Positions 45,892 to 56,420 are shown, counted from the first letter of the stretch. The stretch is DNA of 64,000 nt from Vulcanimicrobiota bacterium (GCA_021107945.1 JAIORV010000023.1:56885-120884), one strand, 5' to 3'. Numbers and translations are program-made. The notes: generated by a model not told the origin, from the letters alone.

Positions 45892-47112
45892 ATGGATATC
45901 TGGATTACAATAAAAGTGGCTATCAAAGCCCTCATCAAGAACAAAATGCGCACATTACTTACGATGCTTGGAATTATTATCGGCGTTGGATCAGTAATTG
46001 CTATGATTTCTATTGCCACCGGCGCACAGAAAGACATGAGCGGCAGGATTGAATCCTCAGGCACAAACATGCTCATGGTATTTGCTTCTTCCGGGAAAAG
46101 TAGGGGGGGACTCAGCCGTGGATGGGGATCGATCCAGACTTTGACTGTGAAAGACAGCGAAGCTATTGCGAAATACTGCCCACACGTCGAGTATGCCTCT
46201 CCACAGATTCGCGTTACAGCAAGGCTTATTTATCAAAATCAAAACTGGAGTACGGCCGTAAGAGCGGGGAACGAAAATTATATTGATATAAGGAACTGGG
46301 GAACGCAATCCGGAAGATCCTTTACCACAAGTGAGGTCACTTCCGGAGCGAAAGTATGCATGATAGGTACTGTGGTAAGGGACAACCTGTTCGGTGATTT
46401 AAATCCTGTGGGGAAAACAATAAGGATAAACAAGATTCCCTTTCTTGTTGTCGGTCTTCTGGAGGAAAAGGGGCAGGGCGGATGGCATGGAAACTGGGAC
46501 GATGTGGCTATCATTCCCCATACCACAGCGATGCAGAGACTGCATAAAAAAGATCACCTTTCCATGGTAACGGTATCCGCCACGGATCGTTATGATATAA
46601 GCAAGGCAAAAGAAGAAATTAAAATGCTTTTAAGGCAACGCCATCGTATTAAAAAAGGCGAGGAAGACGATTTCATAATCCGCACCCAGGAAGACAGACT
46701 TCAGGCAGCGGGGGACACCTCACGCTTTCTGTCCCTTCTTCTGGGTTCAATAGCCTCAGTATCGCTTCTGGTGGGGGGTATAGGCATCATGAACATCATG
46801 CTTGTATCCGTGACAGAACGGATAAGGGAAATCGGCATAAGAATGGCAATCGGAGCAAGACAGAAAGACATACTGCTTCAGTTCATCGCAGAGGCTATTG
46901 TATTATCCCTACTGGGGGGAATAATAGGTGTCGGGTTCGGATATGGCGTTTCAAAACTAATCAGCATATTTACCAAATGGACAACTTTTGTAACAATTCA
47001 TTCAATAATTCTCTCTATGGGGTTTTCCGGGGCAATCGGGCTGTTTTTCGGATTCTATCCTGCATGGAAAGCGTCAAAACTGGACCCCATAGAAGCTTTG
47101 CGTAATGAATAA
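45892..47112 (+). CDS. MacB/LolC/DevC-type ABC transporter permease (MacB_PCD plus FtsX domains)
   Basis: N-terminus IKALIKNKMRTLLTMLGIIIGVGSVIAM, a large periplasmic loop, and a C-terminal FtsX pattern (GGIGIMNIMLVSVTERIREIGIRMAIGA). No ATPase gene adjacent. Confidence 0.85.
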   Translation: MDIWITIKVAIKALIKNKMRTLLTMLGIIIGVGSVIAMISIATGAQKDMSGRIESSGTNMLMVFASSGKSRGGLSRGWGSIQTLTVKDSEAIAKYCPHVEYASPQIRVTARLIYQNQNWSTAVRAGNENYIDIRNWGTQSGRSFTTSEVTSGAKVCMIGTVVRDNLFGDLNPVGKTIRINKIPFLVVGLLEEKGQGGWHGNWDDVAIIPHTTAMQRLHKKDHLSMVTVSATDRYDISKAKEEIKMLLRQRHRIKKGEEDDFIIRTQEDRLQAAGDTSRFLSLLLGSIASVSLLVGGIGIMNIMLVSVTERIREIGIRMAIGARQKDILLQFIAEAIVLSLLGGIIGVGFGYGVSKLISIFTKWTTFVTIHSIILSMGFSGAIGLFFGFYPAWKASKLDPIEALRNE

Positions 47113-47135
47113 TAATCCCGGATAATGCTTTTAAA

Positions 47136-47165
47136 TTCACCGCAGATTTCGCGGAGTGCGCAGAG
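47136..47165 (+). repeat. Purine-heptamer element (TTCACCGCAGATTTCGCGGAGTGCGCAGAG)
   Basis: Starts 23 nt after the stop at 47112. The partner pyrimidine arm lies at 47329-47357. Confidence 0.8.
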
Positions 47166-47328
47166 AAATTATTATATTATATATTGGTTCACTGCCAATT
47201 AATCGCATCAATTTTCAGGCATTCTCCGATATAGTTTTATACCGTCGATAAATAAACTTTTTCCCGATAAAAAGCTAAAACACGATAATTACAAGATTTC
47301 AAACGCATTTTCAGGGATTAAAAAAAGT

Positions 47329-47357
47329 CCTTTGCGTTCTTTGCTTCTTTGCGGTTA
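47329..47357. repeat. Pyrimidine arm (CCTTTGCGTTCTTTGCTTCTTTGCGGTTA) of the same family
   Basis: Nearly identical to 2122-2147. Confidence 0.8.
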
Positions 47358-47403
47358 ATTTTAGTCCTCCAAATATTTACCCACATTGATTATCAAAGAC
47401 AGC

Positions 47404-48429
47404 TTATATATTATCCAGAAAATCACTGATGCAAAGCAGTTTCTTCTCTTTTTCTCCTGCAGGATCAATATTGTAGAGATCAGTTTTCCCATCTTCTTCC
47501 CGGAGAAAATATATTTTATTCTTTGAAATTCTCGGGAACCTGCTAATTTTATCAGGGGAGGTAAGTTGAGTTTCTTCTCCTGTTTCCAGATCAAATTTGG
47601 ACACCACAAAATTTTCATCGATTTTGCGATTGAAAATCAATACATTTCCAAGGGGGAATATTTCCGGTGTAAAATTACCTTCTATCTTTATTGGCTCCGT
47701 TTTTCCATTATCGAAGTCGAACAGCACTACATTAAAATTTCCCTCGCTGGAAAGAAGATTCTTATAATCAATCGACACAATAATCATTTTCTTACCAATT
47801 GGAGTGAAATCCAGGATAAATTCATCATAAGAAGCAATCTTCTTTTTACTGTTCCAGACTATATCCATCGTGTAAATATCACTCTGGTATGTATATAATA
47901 CCAGGTCTTCATCAAGCCAATTCCAGGCGCGTCCCAATCCCTCCACCTTACCGACCGCGTCAATTTTCTCATAATAAAGTAATTGCGTTTTCTCCTCGTC
48001 AAGAATAATATTCTTTATATTTTTCTCTTCCAGCTTTGCACTTTCCGGGATTATTGAAATATTTCTCAACAGGTACCCCACGCTTTTTCCTTTTTTTGAG
48101 AAATGGAAGTATTCGAGAAAAAGGACAGAGTGTTGGACGATTCCCTCAATCATCTCCTTACTCCCCTCATCCTCAATTTCCACGGCGTTCAACCCGCTTA
48201 ACACCCCGATAAATAGAAGCTTGTTTTGTGCCGGATGCCATTCCATGTGGGTGATTGAAGTTTCATGATGCTCAAAAATCTTTTTTCCCATCTCCAGATT
48301 AAATATTAATAGATCATGGTGCTCATCTTCAGATTCACTTTTTGATCTCAGCTTTACAGCGGCAAATTTCCCGTTCTGGGAGACCCTGAGATCCTGAAGT
48401 TTATATTTTGTTTCAACCTGGTTGGCCAT
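47404..48429 (-). CDS. Hypothetical beta-propeller-like protein (TolB/WD40-like repeats), AT-rich gene
   Basis: 341-aa ORF with alternating beta-strand-like repeats. No signal peptide. The family call is weak. Confidence 0.5.
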   Translation of the reverse strand: MANQVETKYKLQDLRVSQNGKFAAVKLRSKSESEDEHHDLLIFNLEMGKKIFEHHETSITHMEWHPAQNKLLFIGVLSGLNAVEIEDEGSKEMIEGIVQHSVLFLEYFHFSKKGKSVGYLLRNISIIPESAKLEEKNIKNIILDEEKTQLLYYEKIDAVGKVEGLGRAWNWLDEDLVLYTYQSDIYTMDIVWNSKKKIASYDEFILDFTPIGKKMIIVSIDYKNLLSSEGNFNVVLFDFDNGKTEPIKIEGNFTPEIFPLGNVLIFNRKIDENFVVSKFDLETGEETQLTSPDKISRFPRISKNKIYFLREEDGKTDLYNIDPAGEKEKKLLCISDFLDNI

Positions 48430-48513
48430 GTGACTCGACTCCTTCCGTTTTTTGAGGAAAATTTCTTATGTGTGATCGGTAGTTTTGATGATGGAAAGGT
48501 CTGTTCCTGCTGA

Positions 48514-50220
48514 TTAATCATTTCCAAGCGGGATTGTAAAATAGAATTTGCTCCCGATGCCTTTTTGACTTTCAACCCAGATTTTACCATCGTGTAAATC
48601 AACAATCTTCTTGGCAATTGCAAGTCCAAGACCGGTGCTGCTCTCTCCGGCCGTGGGCTTTGAGGATGTGCGGGAGAACTTTTTGAAAAGCTTCTGTTGC
48701 TCCGATTTTCTAATTCCCACTCCGGTGTCTTCAACACAAACCTGTATTGTATGATCCTCCCGAGTTGCCTTGAGTTTTACCTTGCCGCCCGAGGGAGTAT
48801 ATTTGATAGCATTTGTAAGTAAATTGTCAAGAACCCCGTCAATCTTACTTATATCAATAATTACATCGGGCAACTCATCGGGCACTTCATAAAACAACTC
48901 GATATTCTTTGAACGGGCATATGGAGTGACCGAGTGAAACTTGCCACGAAGTATTCCCTTCAAATCCGTATGTTTCTTTTTTAACTCGAGTTTTCCACTC
49001 TCGATAACTGAAATATCAAGCATCTCGTTGAGCATATTGATCATATGTTTTGCCTTGGTGACCATGCCTTCAAGAGCCTCTTTCTTCTCGTTTTCATCCA
49101 TTTTATCGGCATAGCTGTCTAACAATGTGGCTGACATATGGATAGCTGACAAGGGAGAGCGCAGGTCGTGCGCCGCTATATTGAGAATCTCATCCTTGTA
49201 ATCGGACAATTCCTTGAGTTTTAGATTCCTCTCTTTTACTTCCTCAAATAACCTGGCGCTTTCAATGGCCGCCGCCAACTGACTGGCCAGCAATGATAAT
49301 GTATGCTGTTTCGACTTTTCAAAACGAGCTTTTATATCAGCAAAAATAAAAATTAAGCCATAGAAATTTCCACCGCTTTTAAGAGAAGCCGACCTGTAAT
49401 GATTTTGCATGATACCTTGTGTTGTCTTTGTCATTATTTTCTCAATCACATTGACTTCAAGACCCTCATGGCATAACTTTGCATCGGAAAAACGATTAAA
49501 ATCCCTGATGACTATATCTGTCAGGTTCCTCTCCAGAGAAATGGGGGCTGGACAAGTTTTAAATATCTGTAAACTTGGCTTTTTTTCGTTGTAAAAAAGA
49601 ACGCCCCAGGAGTTGACATCGAATATTTCAAAAATACCCTCGGTCATCCTTTCGATTGTATCACTTACATTAATATCAGAGGTGATTATATGACTTAATT
49701 TCATTGCCCATTCAAGATCATAAACTAAAAGATCAAGTCGGGCGTTCTTGCGGTCCAATTCACGAACAACATTTTTTAAGTGAAGATTCTTTTTATCTAA
49801 TTCACTTATCAGGCTCTCTTTCTCTTGCTGCAACATACTTTTAGAAACAGCACGTTTTATCGCATGGAGCACAAAGTTCAAATCATGGAAAGGCTTTGTT
49901 ATATACTCAAAAGCTCCCCAGTGTATGGCGTCCTTCGCAGTCTCCATACTCTGGTGTCCGGTAATCAGAACGACGGGAATATCGCCAAAATTGGTCTTGA
50001 CTTCCTTTAGAAGCTCAATACCGTCAATCCCCGGCATCAGGATATCGGAAAGCAGCATGTCAAAACTCTCGCCAATAAGCTTCTTCCTTGCGTCAAGACC
50101 GTTATCGACAGTAACAACTTCATAGCCGTTGGAAGTAAGTAGTTTCGTAAGAAGTTTACGAATTGTATCATTATCCTCGGCAATCAGTATTCTGCCTTTA
50201 TTCCCTCTGTTCAAGTCCAA
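48514..50220 (-). CDS. Hybrid sensor: N-terminal receiver (REC), central sensory region, HisKA and HATPase_c
   Basis: REC pattern ILIAEDND..DMLLSDILMPGIDG. H-box AAHDLRSPLSAI. N/G boxes DNLLTNAIKYT, VEDTGVGI and GTGLGLAIAKKIV. TTG start. Confidence 0.9.
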   Translation of the reverse strand: MDLNRGNKGRILIAEDNDTIRKLLTKLLTSNGYEVVTVDNGLDARKKLIGESFDMLLSDILMPGIDGIELLKEVKTNFGDIPVVLITGHQSMETAKDAIHWGAFEYITKPFHDLNFVLHAIKRAVSKSMLQQEKESLISELDKKNLHLKNVVRELDRKNARLDLLVYDLEWAMKLSHIITSDINVSDTIERMTEGIFEIFDVNSWGVLFYNEKKPSLQIFKTCPAPISLERNLTDIVIRDFNRFSDAKLCHEGLEVNVIEKIMTKTTQGIMQNHYRSASLKSGGNFYGLIFIFADIKARFEKSKQHTLSLLASQLAAAIESARLFEEVKERNLKLKELSDYKDEILNIAAHDLRSPLSAIHMSATLLDSYADKMDENEKKEALEGMVTKAKHMINMLNEMLDISVIESGKLELKKKHTDLKGILRGKFHSVTPYARSKNIELFYEVPDELPDVIIDISKIDGVLDNLLTNAIKYTPSGGKVKLKATREDHTIQVCVEDTGVGIRKSEQQKLFKKFSRTSSKPTAGESSTGLGLAIAKKIVDLHDGKIWVESQKGIGSKFYFTIPLGND

Positions 50221-50312
50221 ATCAATCCTTTATAAATGTTTTCAAGTCTTCCAAAGTTATTAATTTTTGTATTACAATAATATTAAATTCATGATGAATA
50301 GTTCCTGCAACA

Positions 50313-50398
50313 GATGGGAAATGGGAATGGGGAATGAGAATGGAATCGCGATTCGTTATCCTTATTCCATCTTCCTTATTCCTTATTCCCTATTCCAT
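50313..50398. repeat. Inverted pair of heptamer arrays (GGGAAATGGGAATGGGGAATGAGAATGGAAT / TTATCCTTATTCCATCTTCCTTATTCCTTATTCCCTATTCCAT)
   Basis: A purine arm and a pyrimidine arm separated by 9 nt, in the divergent kinase / ATP-grasp intergenic region. Confidence 0.8.
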
Positions 50399-50586
50399 AA
50401 AGATATTTCTTTTAAGAGATAACAAAGATAACTTGGACAATTTTTCATAATGGTTTTGCTTTGTTAAACTTTTCTACCATAAGAGGTTTATCCAGGTTTT
50501 TGATGAATATAGCTCCATGCTTTGCATACAAAAGTAGAGTACAGTCTTGACGGATGGAATGCTCGAATAAAAAGGGAGGTTATCCT

Positions 50587-51480
50587 GTGAGAAAAATAGG
50601 TATCTTTTCAATAAAAGAGGATTTTGCTTACAGCTTGATTCATGAAATTAATCAATTGAATGTGAAGAATATTCGTGCTGAATTCGCATTGGTAGGAGAT
50701 ACGAAATTATTTGAAAGATCGCCATACAAACTCATTATTGACCGACTTTCTTATTATGTAAAATATTTCTCCGCTTATTTTAAAAATGCCGCTCTGACGG
50801 GGACATATGTTATAAACAATCCGTTTGCCCATGTGGGAGAAAGATTCCTGAATTACAACCATGCGAAGAAAATGGGTGTCCATGTACCCCGGACCGTTTG
50901 CCTTCCTTCCTGTCAACAACATCCCGCCTGCTCAGCGGAAGATCTCAAGAACCTTAAATATCCCCTTGACTGGGAAGAAATGACTGATTTTGTGGGATTC
51001 CCGGCAATATTGAAGCCCTATGAGGCGTTTGGATACAGGGATGTTTACAAAATCGGTAGCATTAACGAGTTGATCCAGGCATATAACGGCACCCAGCAGC
51101 AGGTGATGATCCTCCAGCAGTTCATAGATTATGATTTATTCGTAAAAGTATATGTTGTGGGTGGAAAAGATGTTCTTGTTGTAAAATACAAACCTTCAAC
51201 AAGGGAATATGTTACAGATGATGAGTGGGATAAGTCATTGCCGGGCCAAAGAATTATCGACAGCGCCAGGGAGTTTTCAAAGAAAATGGGATTTGACTTC
51301 GGAGTGATGGAATACGCCGTAAAGGATAACGCCCCATACGCCGTGAACTTCATCAACCCATCTCCCAACTGCAGGAAAGAGACCCTGGGCACGGAGAATT
51401 TTAATTGGCTTGTCAAGAAACTATCCAAACTCGCCATAAAACTGGTTCAGAGCGATGCGAAAAACAACCTGGAGTGTTAA
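50587..51480 (+). CDS. ATP-grasp fold protein
   Basis: GFPAILKPYEAFGYRDVYKI ... MILQQFIDYDLFVKVYVVGG pattern. GTG 50587 lies 7 nt after GGGAGG. Confidence 0.6.
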   Translation: MRKIGIFSIKEDFAYSLIHEINQLNVKNIRAEFALVGDTKLFERSPYKLIIDRLSYYVKYFSAYFKNAALTGTYVINNPFAHVGERFLNYNHAKKMGVHVPRTVCLPSCQQHPACSAEDLKNLKYPLDWEEMTDFVGFPAILKPYEAFGYRDVYKIGSINELIQAYNGTQQQVMILQQFIDYDLFVKVYVVGGKDVLVVKYKPSTREYVTDDEWDKSLPGQRIIDSAREFSKKMGFDFGVMEYAVKDNAPYAVNFINPSPNCRKETLGTENFNWLVKKLSKLAIKLVQSDAKNNLEC

Positions 51481-51499
51481 ATAAATAGTTGATTTAGAT

Positions 51500-52366
51500 A
51501 TGGGTATTCCTGTTTTATTTCTAATAGAATTCGATATGTTAAAAGCCATTCCCCCCTTTATAATCAAGGGGCTTTCTTTTATGTTCCTCCTCAACCTGAT
51601 ATTTGTTTCTATTACATCTATCTATTTCAAGAAAAAACTTGAAGGAAGAAAAAAAAGAATAATGCCCGCCCTGCTTTTCCTCGGAATTACCATTTTTCTG
51701 AATTTGGGATATTATGCGATAGCAAGGAATAAACTACAGAATTATATTTACAAGGTTCCTGTGCAGGACGTCCTCACACCCGATCCGTCCCCAGCAAAAA
51801 GGGACTTTTCGTACTTGAAAAAAAACCGAATTATCCGGGATGAAAGGTTTAAATCCTATTTAGCGGTTGATCAGGAAGGGGTAATCCTCTGTCTTCGCTC
51901 AGGGGGAGAGCCGCAGGTTTATGATTCTTCTTTCTATCTGACCATGCAAAAAGAAGGCAAGACATTCAACACAAAGAAAGAGATGTCGGATTACGCCCGG
52001 TTTGTCATACTTCTTTACTATTGCGAGTCGGAGCCGGTCTATATTAATTCTGCCTCATCCCTGGCACGAATATTGAAAAATCGAAATAATAAAACCCAGT
52101 GCAACCTGGGACAAAAAGTATCTCACATTATATCCACAACACGAAATAGTAAAAATAAAAACAAGCAGACCGGACCTGATGAAACCCTGAAAAAACTCGT
52201 AGCCCGGATTTCTCCGCCGAAATTTGAAAAGGACTGGGACAAAGGAGTAAGCTTCAATCTTTATACATTTTCATTTAGATATAACGAGCTTGCCCAATGG
52301 AAGTTCAAAATATTCCCCAACGGAAATATCGAGGTAGAGAAAACCATGTCGTATGTGGAGAGGTAA
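51500..52366 (+). CDS. Hypothetical membrane protein (2 N-terminal TM segments)
   Basis: ORF 19 nt after the ATP-grasp stop. The start is uncertain (51500 or 51536). Confidence 0.5.
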   Translation: MGIPVLFLIEFDMLKAIPPFIIKGLSFMFLLNLIFVSITSIYFKKKLEGRKKRIMPALLFLGITIFLNLGYYAIARNKLQNYIYKVPVQDVLTPDPSPAKRDFSYLKKNRIIRDERFKSYLAVDQEGVILCLRSGGEPQVYDSSFYLTMQKEGKTFNTKKEMSDYARFVILLYYCESEPVYINSASSLARILKNRNNKTQCNLGQKVSHIISTTRNSKNKNKQTGPDETLKKLVARISPPKFEKDWDKGVSFNLYTFSFRYNELAQWKFKIFPNGNIEVEKTMSYVER

Positions 52367-52521
52367 TTTATTACCCGAATCAAGCATTATTTCTTGAGCA
52401 CTATAAGTATTTTTGAATATCCTTCATTCTTGTTAAGATAAATTAATATTTATTATATTGACAATTCGCAAGAAATTTATTATCATACATATTGACTATT
52501 ATCACTTCATGGGGGTTAGAT

Positions 52522-55225
52522 ATGAATACAAAAAGACGCTTTTATTATTTCTCCACAATGTTTCCTGTTTTATTTATCCTCATCATGGCAACCGCAATGT
52601 CGGTTGTTTTTTTAGGCTGTTCCTCAGGGGGGGGGGGATGATACATGCAATGCTTCGATGAAGTTTCCCGATTTTGAGAGGCAGGTTTATGAAAACCAGG
52701 AAAAAACAGAAGTAACAATCGAGAAGATATTTTTAAAAACGGAAAACGGATTTATTGACATATCCCCCGACAGGATCCCCACTGAATTTTCAAACATTAA
52801 CAAGTCAAAATATATAGAATCAAAGATTGATCCCGGAAAACAAAAAGAGATTTCAGAGACACACCCGCCTGATCCTTCACTTTTCCCCGATGACATGAAG
52901 ATGTTCCAGACAATAAGACTCGGCTCTCCCGGAGCAGAATTCAGATTCGTCAATATTCACTGGGAAGAACGCGATGGGAATGAGATTACAAAACGCCCCC
53001 ATTGCTGGCTGACATACACATCCTGGGGAGAAGATGAGAGCGACATTCCCGAAGGTGCGGATGCTTTTTATGCCACTTATTTTCATATTCCCGTTCCTGT
53101 TGATAAAGCTCCCAATGAACCCGGAGCGGAGGTAACGACCGTAATTGAATCCGACAGGACGTCGCCGGGAGGCACAGTTTATAACAATCGTTATGATATA
53201 ACTTCAAAATGTTTAGATTTCAACAGCTTCATATTTACAATCGCATGTTACAGAAACGGTGAATTGAGGTGGGAGACACAACCTTCCACGGGACACATCG
53301 GAATATGGGATACGTACTGGGGAGTCGCAGGATCGGAGGACGGGGAATGGTCTTATGAAAAAAGAAGAAACGGCGGGATTTTCGACAGCGGAGGATATCC
53401 ATGCGACGTTACATACATCATTCGCAGGTTAAAATTGAAATTTCCTTTACCCGAGATTGAATACACCCCCGGTGAGGACATCACATTTGAAAACAAGATG
53501 ATCTGGAGCGAAGGAGGATTCGCCCCGGGAACCGAATCGGAGCCACAATGGAAGGTTGAAATATTCGATCCAAATTCACAAACTCCAGACATCCCCGTTG
53601 CATCATCCGACTGGCAGGACGGCAGCCTTATAAGCTGGGCGTGGGACGGCGCAGTCGCCGCTTCTGCGGGAAGTGATGCAATAAGAGGATTGAATGTCGG
53701 GAAAAAATGCGTCTTGATCCCAAGTGATAAATACCACTCATATAAATACAAAAACAGACGAAATCGAAACATCCAAAAGGACGATGATACCGTCGTTCTT
53801 ACTTATGTGATAACCGCAAACGCAATTTGTTACGGGAAGAGCGAAATAACTCCAGCAAGCGACGACGACGCCCGGTATTTCCTGAGAACGAAGAAGGATA
53901 TCTATGGTCAGATAGAGCCGGTGCTGGAAATATACGATGATGATGAAAATCTTGTTGCAACCTCAGAAGCGGAATTCCCAGAACCGCCATATCCGGGCTA
54001 TACGGCATATCCGGTGTACCCGGGAGATGTAGCGGCGGCTACGGCAGACGCAATGAGGGTTGAGACAGAATTTTTTAACATTCCAAACAACATATTCATC
54101 CTGAAGGAACCGGACAGCGTTAAAGTATTTAGAGTGATAGTAAAAGATGGTCCTATCAACGTGAACCATATTATGGTTAAAATTATGACTTCGGTTTCAG
54201 ATCCCACGGGTTTGACAATAAAAATTAATAAAACCGGCACGCCTGGACGATTCAAGGGGAACATAAGAGTGGGACCTGTGGGCGATCCTGCTACTAACCA
54301 ACTTAAGGTAGAAACAAAACGAGAAAAGTCGTTCTCTTATTTCGACTTCACTTCTGACTCGAATATTGGAAATTATATAGACTCAGCACAATTTGTAATA
54401 ATGGAACAAATTTTGGGATTCACTAAGCTTGGTGGAGTCCTTTTATTTCCGGTAAAAGAGAGTAGTGGTTATTCGCCGGTTGCCCATCCGACAAAAGATG
54501 CTTTAAAAGCCGCTGGATATGAAGACTTGATTGTAGAATATGATTCTAAAAAAGCATGGCTTCGGATAAAGAACCAGGCTTCCCACTTTTATTATTCGGG
54601 ACATGGTGCATATAAGTGGGGATCAATACAAGTGAATACAGATGACGATGGAAATGGTATCTATGCATCAGCTGGCACTGATTCAGGGGATACAATAAGT
54701 CCCGAGGACTGGAATGATAATATAAAACTGGCAATTTTTGCCTGTTGTTCCGTATTTGACATTGGCAACTTTAACGGTTGGAAAGATTTCAAGAACCATC
54801 AAAGTCCGGGATTAAGGTGGGTAAAGGTAAGGGGAGAAGCTGTTCTCCTTGGTTATAATGCATGGTCGCCCTTAGCCACTGAAGACGAAAAACCTGATTT
54901 GGGAATCCTGAAGGAATATTACTTACTATTACCCTCGGGGCGGGAAGCAACATCGCAGGAGCAGGTAATGGCCTGGATGAATGCCAACGCCGACTATCCC
55001 CACCACTTGCAGTCAGATAATGCCTGCGCAATAGGGGGGGATTGGTATTATTTTATAAGATACAAAAGGTTAAAAAAACCACAGAACACTCGTGAGGTTT
55101 ATCATGCAAAAAGGCGCATATATAAAGTGCATAAGGACTACTGGGACAAAAGGAACGTGAAGGGATTCGAGGGAATTCCCACAAGTGGAAAAATACTCAT
55201 TAGGATACTTCAAGACAAGTATTAA
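52522..55225 (+). pseudogene. Surface lipoprotein with a C-terminal gingipain-like (clan CD) cysteine peptidase domain. The reading frame is broken at a G11 tract (possible phase-variable OFF state or homopolymer error).
   Basis: ATG 52522 encodes MNTKRRFYYFSTMFPVLFILIMATAMSVVFLGCSSGGGG then a stop. A G10 or G13 tract would fuse it in frame to the 855-aa ORF 52658..55225. The His/Cys dyad context is HFYYSGHGAYKWG ... KLAIFACCSVFDIG. Confidence 0.7.
52627..52637 (+). repeat. Homopolymeric G11 tract
   Basis: The longest homopolymer I saw in the window. It lies 2 codons after the lipobox Cys. Confidence 0.95.
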
Positions 55226-55272
55226 TAAATGACAACAAAATGGATATTAAATAGTTTTCAGGAGGATGTGTA

Positions 55273-56355
55273 ATGAAGAATAAAAATGTAATGATATTTT
55301 TATTTATAGTGCTAATTTCTGTATTTATCATTTACTTACCTGCAAATGCCGAGGATGCGAATCCCATGCCACTTAAGGGTGATCCTGTTTTTGATAAGGC
55401 TACCTTTTATAATGAAAACAGCCAATGGGATAGAGCAATTGAGGAATATCGGAAAGTAATTGATACATATCCAGGAACAGAATTAGAAGCAACAGCTCGT
55501 TTTGCAATCATCGATTGCTATTGCAGGAAAGGGAATCTTGATGAATCAGAGCGCCACGCACTCCTAAATGAATACCAGGTTATAATCGATCGCTTCCCGG
55601 ATACGCGATATTCCTTTGTAGCTAGACTGGAGTTGATTTCTCGTGGTGATCCTCAAGATCCCCAATGTTACGATGCCTGGCTCCATGGTGTTGACGAATT
55701 AATCCTTGAGCTAGGAGGAAAAAGTATCTTCAAAATAATAAGGAAGAAACGGGATGAAGATGATGAAGATTCTGAAAAAGGATTTCATGTTTCATCTGTG
55801 GTTCCAAAATATCGGAATGACCTTGCAAACCTCTATATGAATATTGCTACTGATTTTATCAGCACTTTTAAAGATAATAAAAATGGGTTTAGAATACTAA
55901 GATTTGTGCGGGAGAGTTTCCCAAAATTTACATGGAGTTGTCCACTTGAACACATCAAGGAATATCTAATCTGGAAGCATCGTCCCATCGACTGGAGTAA
56001 ATATAAAAAAGACAAATTCCCGCCGAAAATTTATTCTGTACATCCCCGGAACAATCAGAGAATTGGAAACAGAAAGCCTAAAATAAAGGTGAAACTTACA
56101 GACGGTGATATTGCGCAGATGCAGGTTGATCTGAGCAAGACTGAGTTTAAACTTGACGGGAAAGATATAACCGATAAGATGACGGTAAAATCCCACATAA
56201 AAATGACCGTCAAGCCGGGGAAGATATTCGAGAAAATTATCCTGGAATACCGCCCTGACGAAAAACTCTCAAAAGGAAAACATACGATATACATAAAAGC
56301 TTACGACAATGGAAACAGATATCTGGAAAAAAGTTGGAGTTTTTATGTGAAGTAG
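55273..56355 (+). CDS. Secreted TPR/YbgF-like protein with a C-terminal Ig-like domain
   Basis: Signal peptide. TPR-like helices (WDRAIEEYRKVIDTYPGTELEATARFAI..). AGGAGG lies 7 nt upstream. Confidence 0.65.
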   Translation: MKNKNVMIFLFIVLISVFIIYLPANAEDANPMPLKGDPVFDKATFYNENSQWDRAIEEYRKVIDTYPGTELEATARFAIIDCYCRKGNLDESERHALLNEYQVIIDRFPDTRYSFVARLELISRGDPQDPQCYDAWLHGVDELILELGGKSIFKIIRKKRDEDDEDSEKGFHVSSVVPKYRNDLANLYMNIATDFISTFKDNKNGFRILRFVRESFPKFTWSCPLEHIKEYLIWKHRPIDWSKYKKDKFPPKIYSVHPRNNQRIGNRKPKIKVKLTDGDIAQMQVDLSKTEFKLDGKDITDKMTVKSHIKMTVKPGKIFEKIILEYRPDEKLSKGKHTIYIKAYDNGNRYLEKSWSFYVK

Positions 56356-56420
56356 AAAGTACTCACATTTCGCACATGTGAATTTCTTGAGAAGTATCAG
56401 AATATTTTTCAAGTGTTTCA

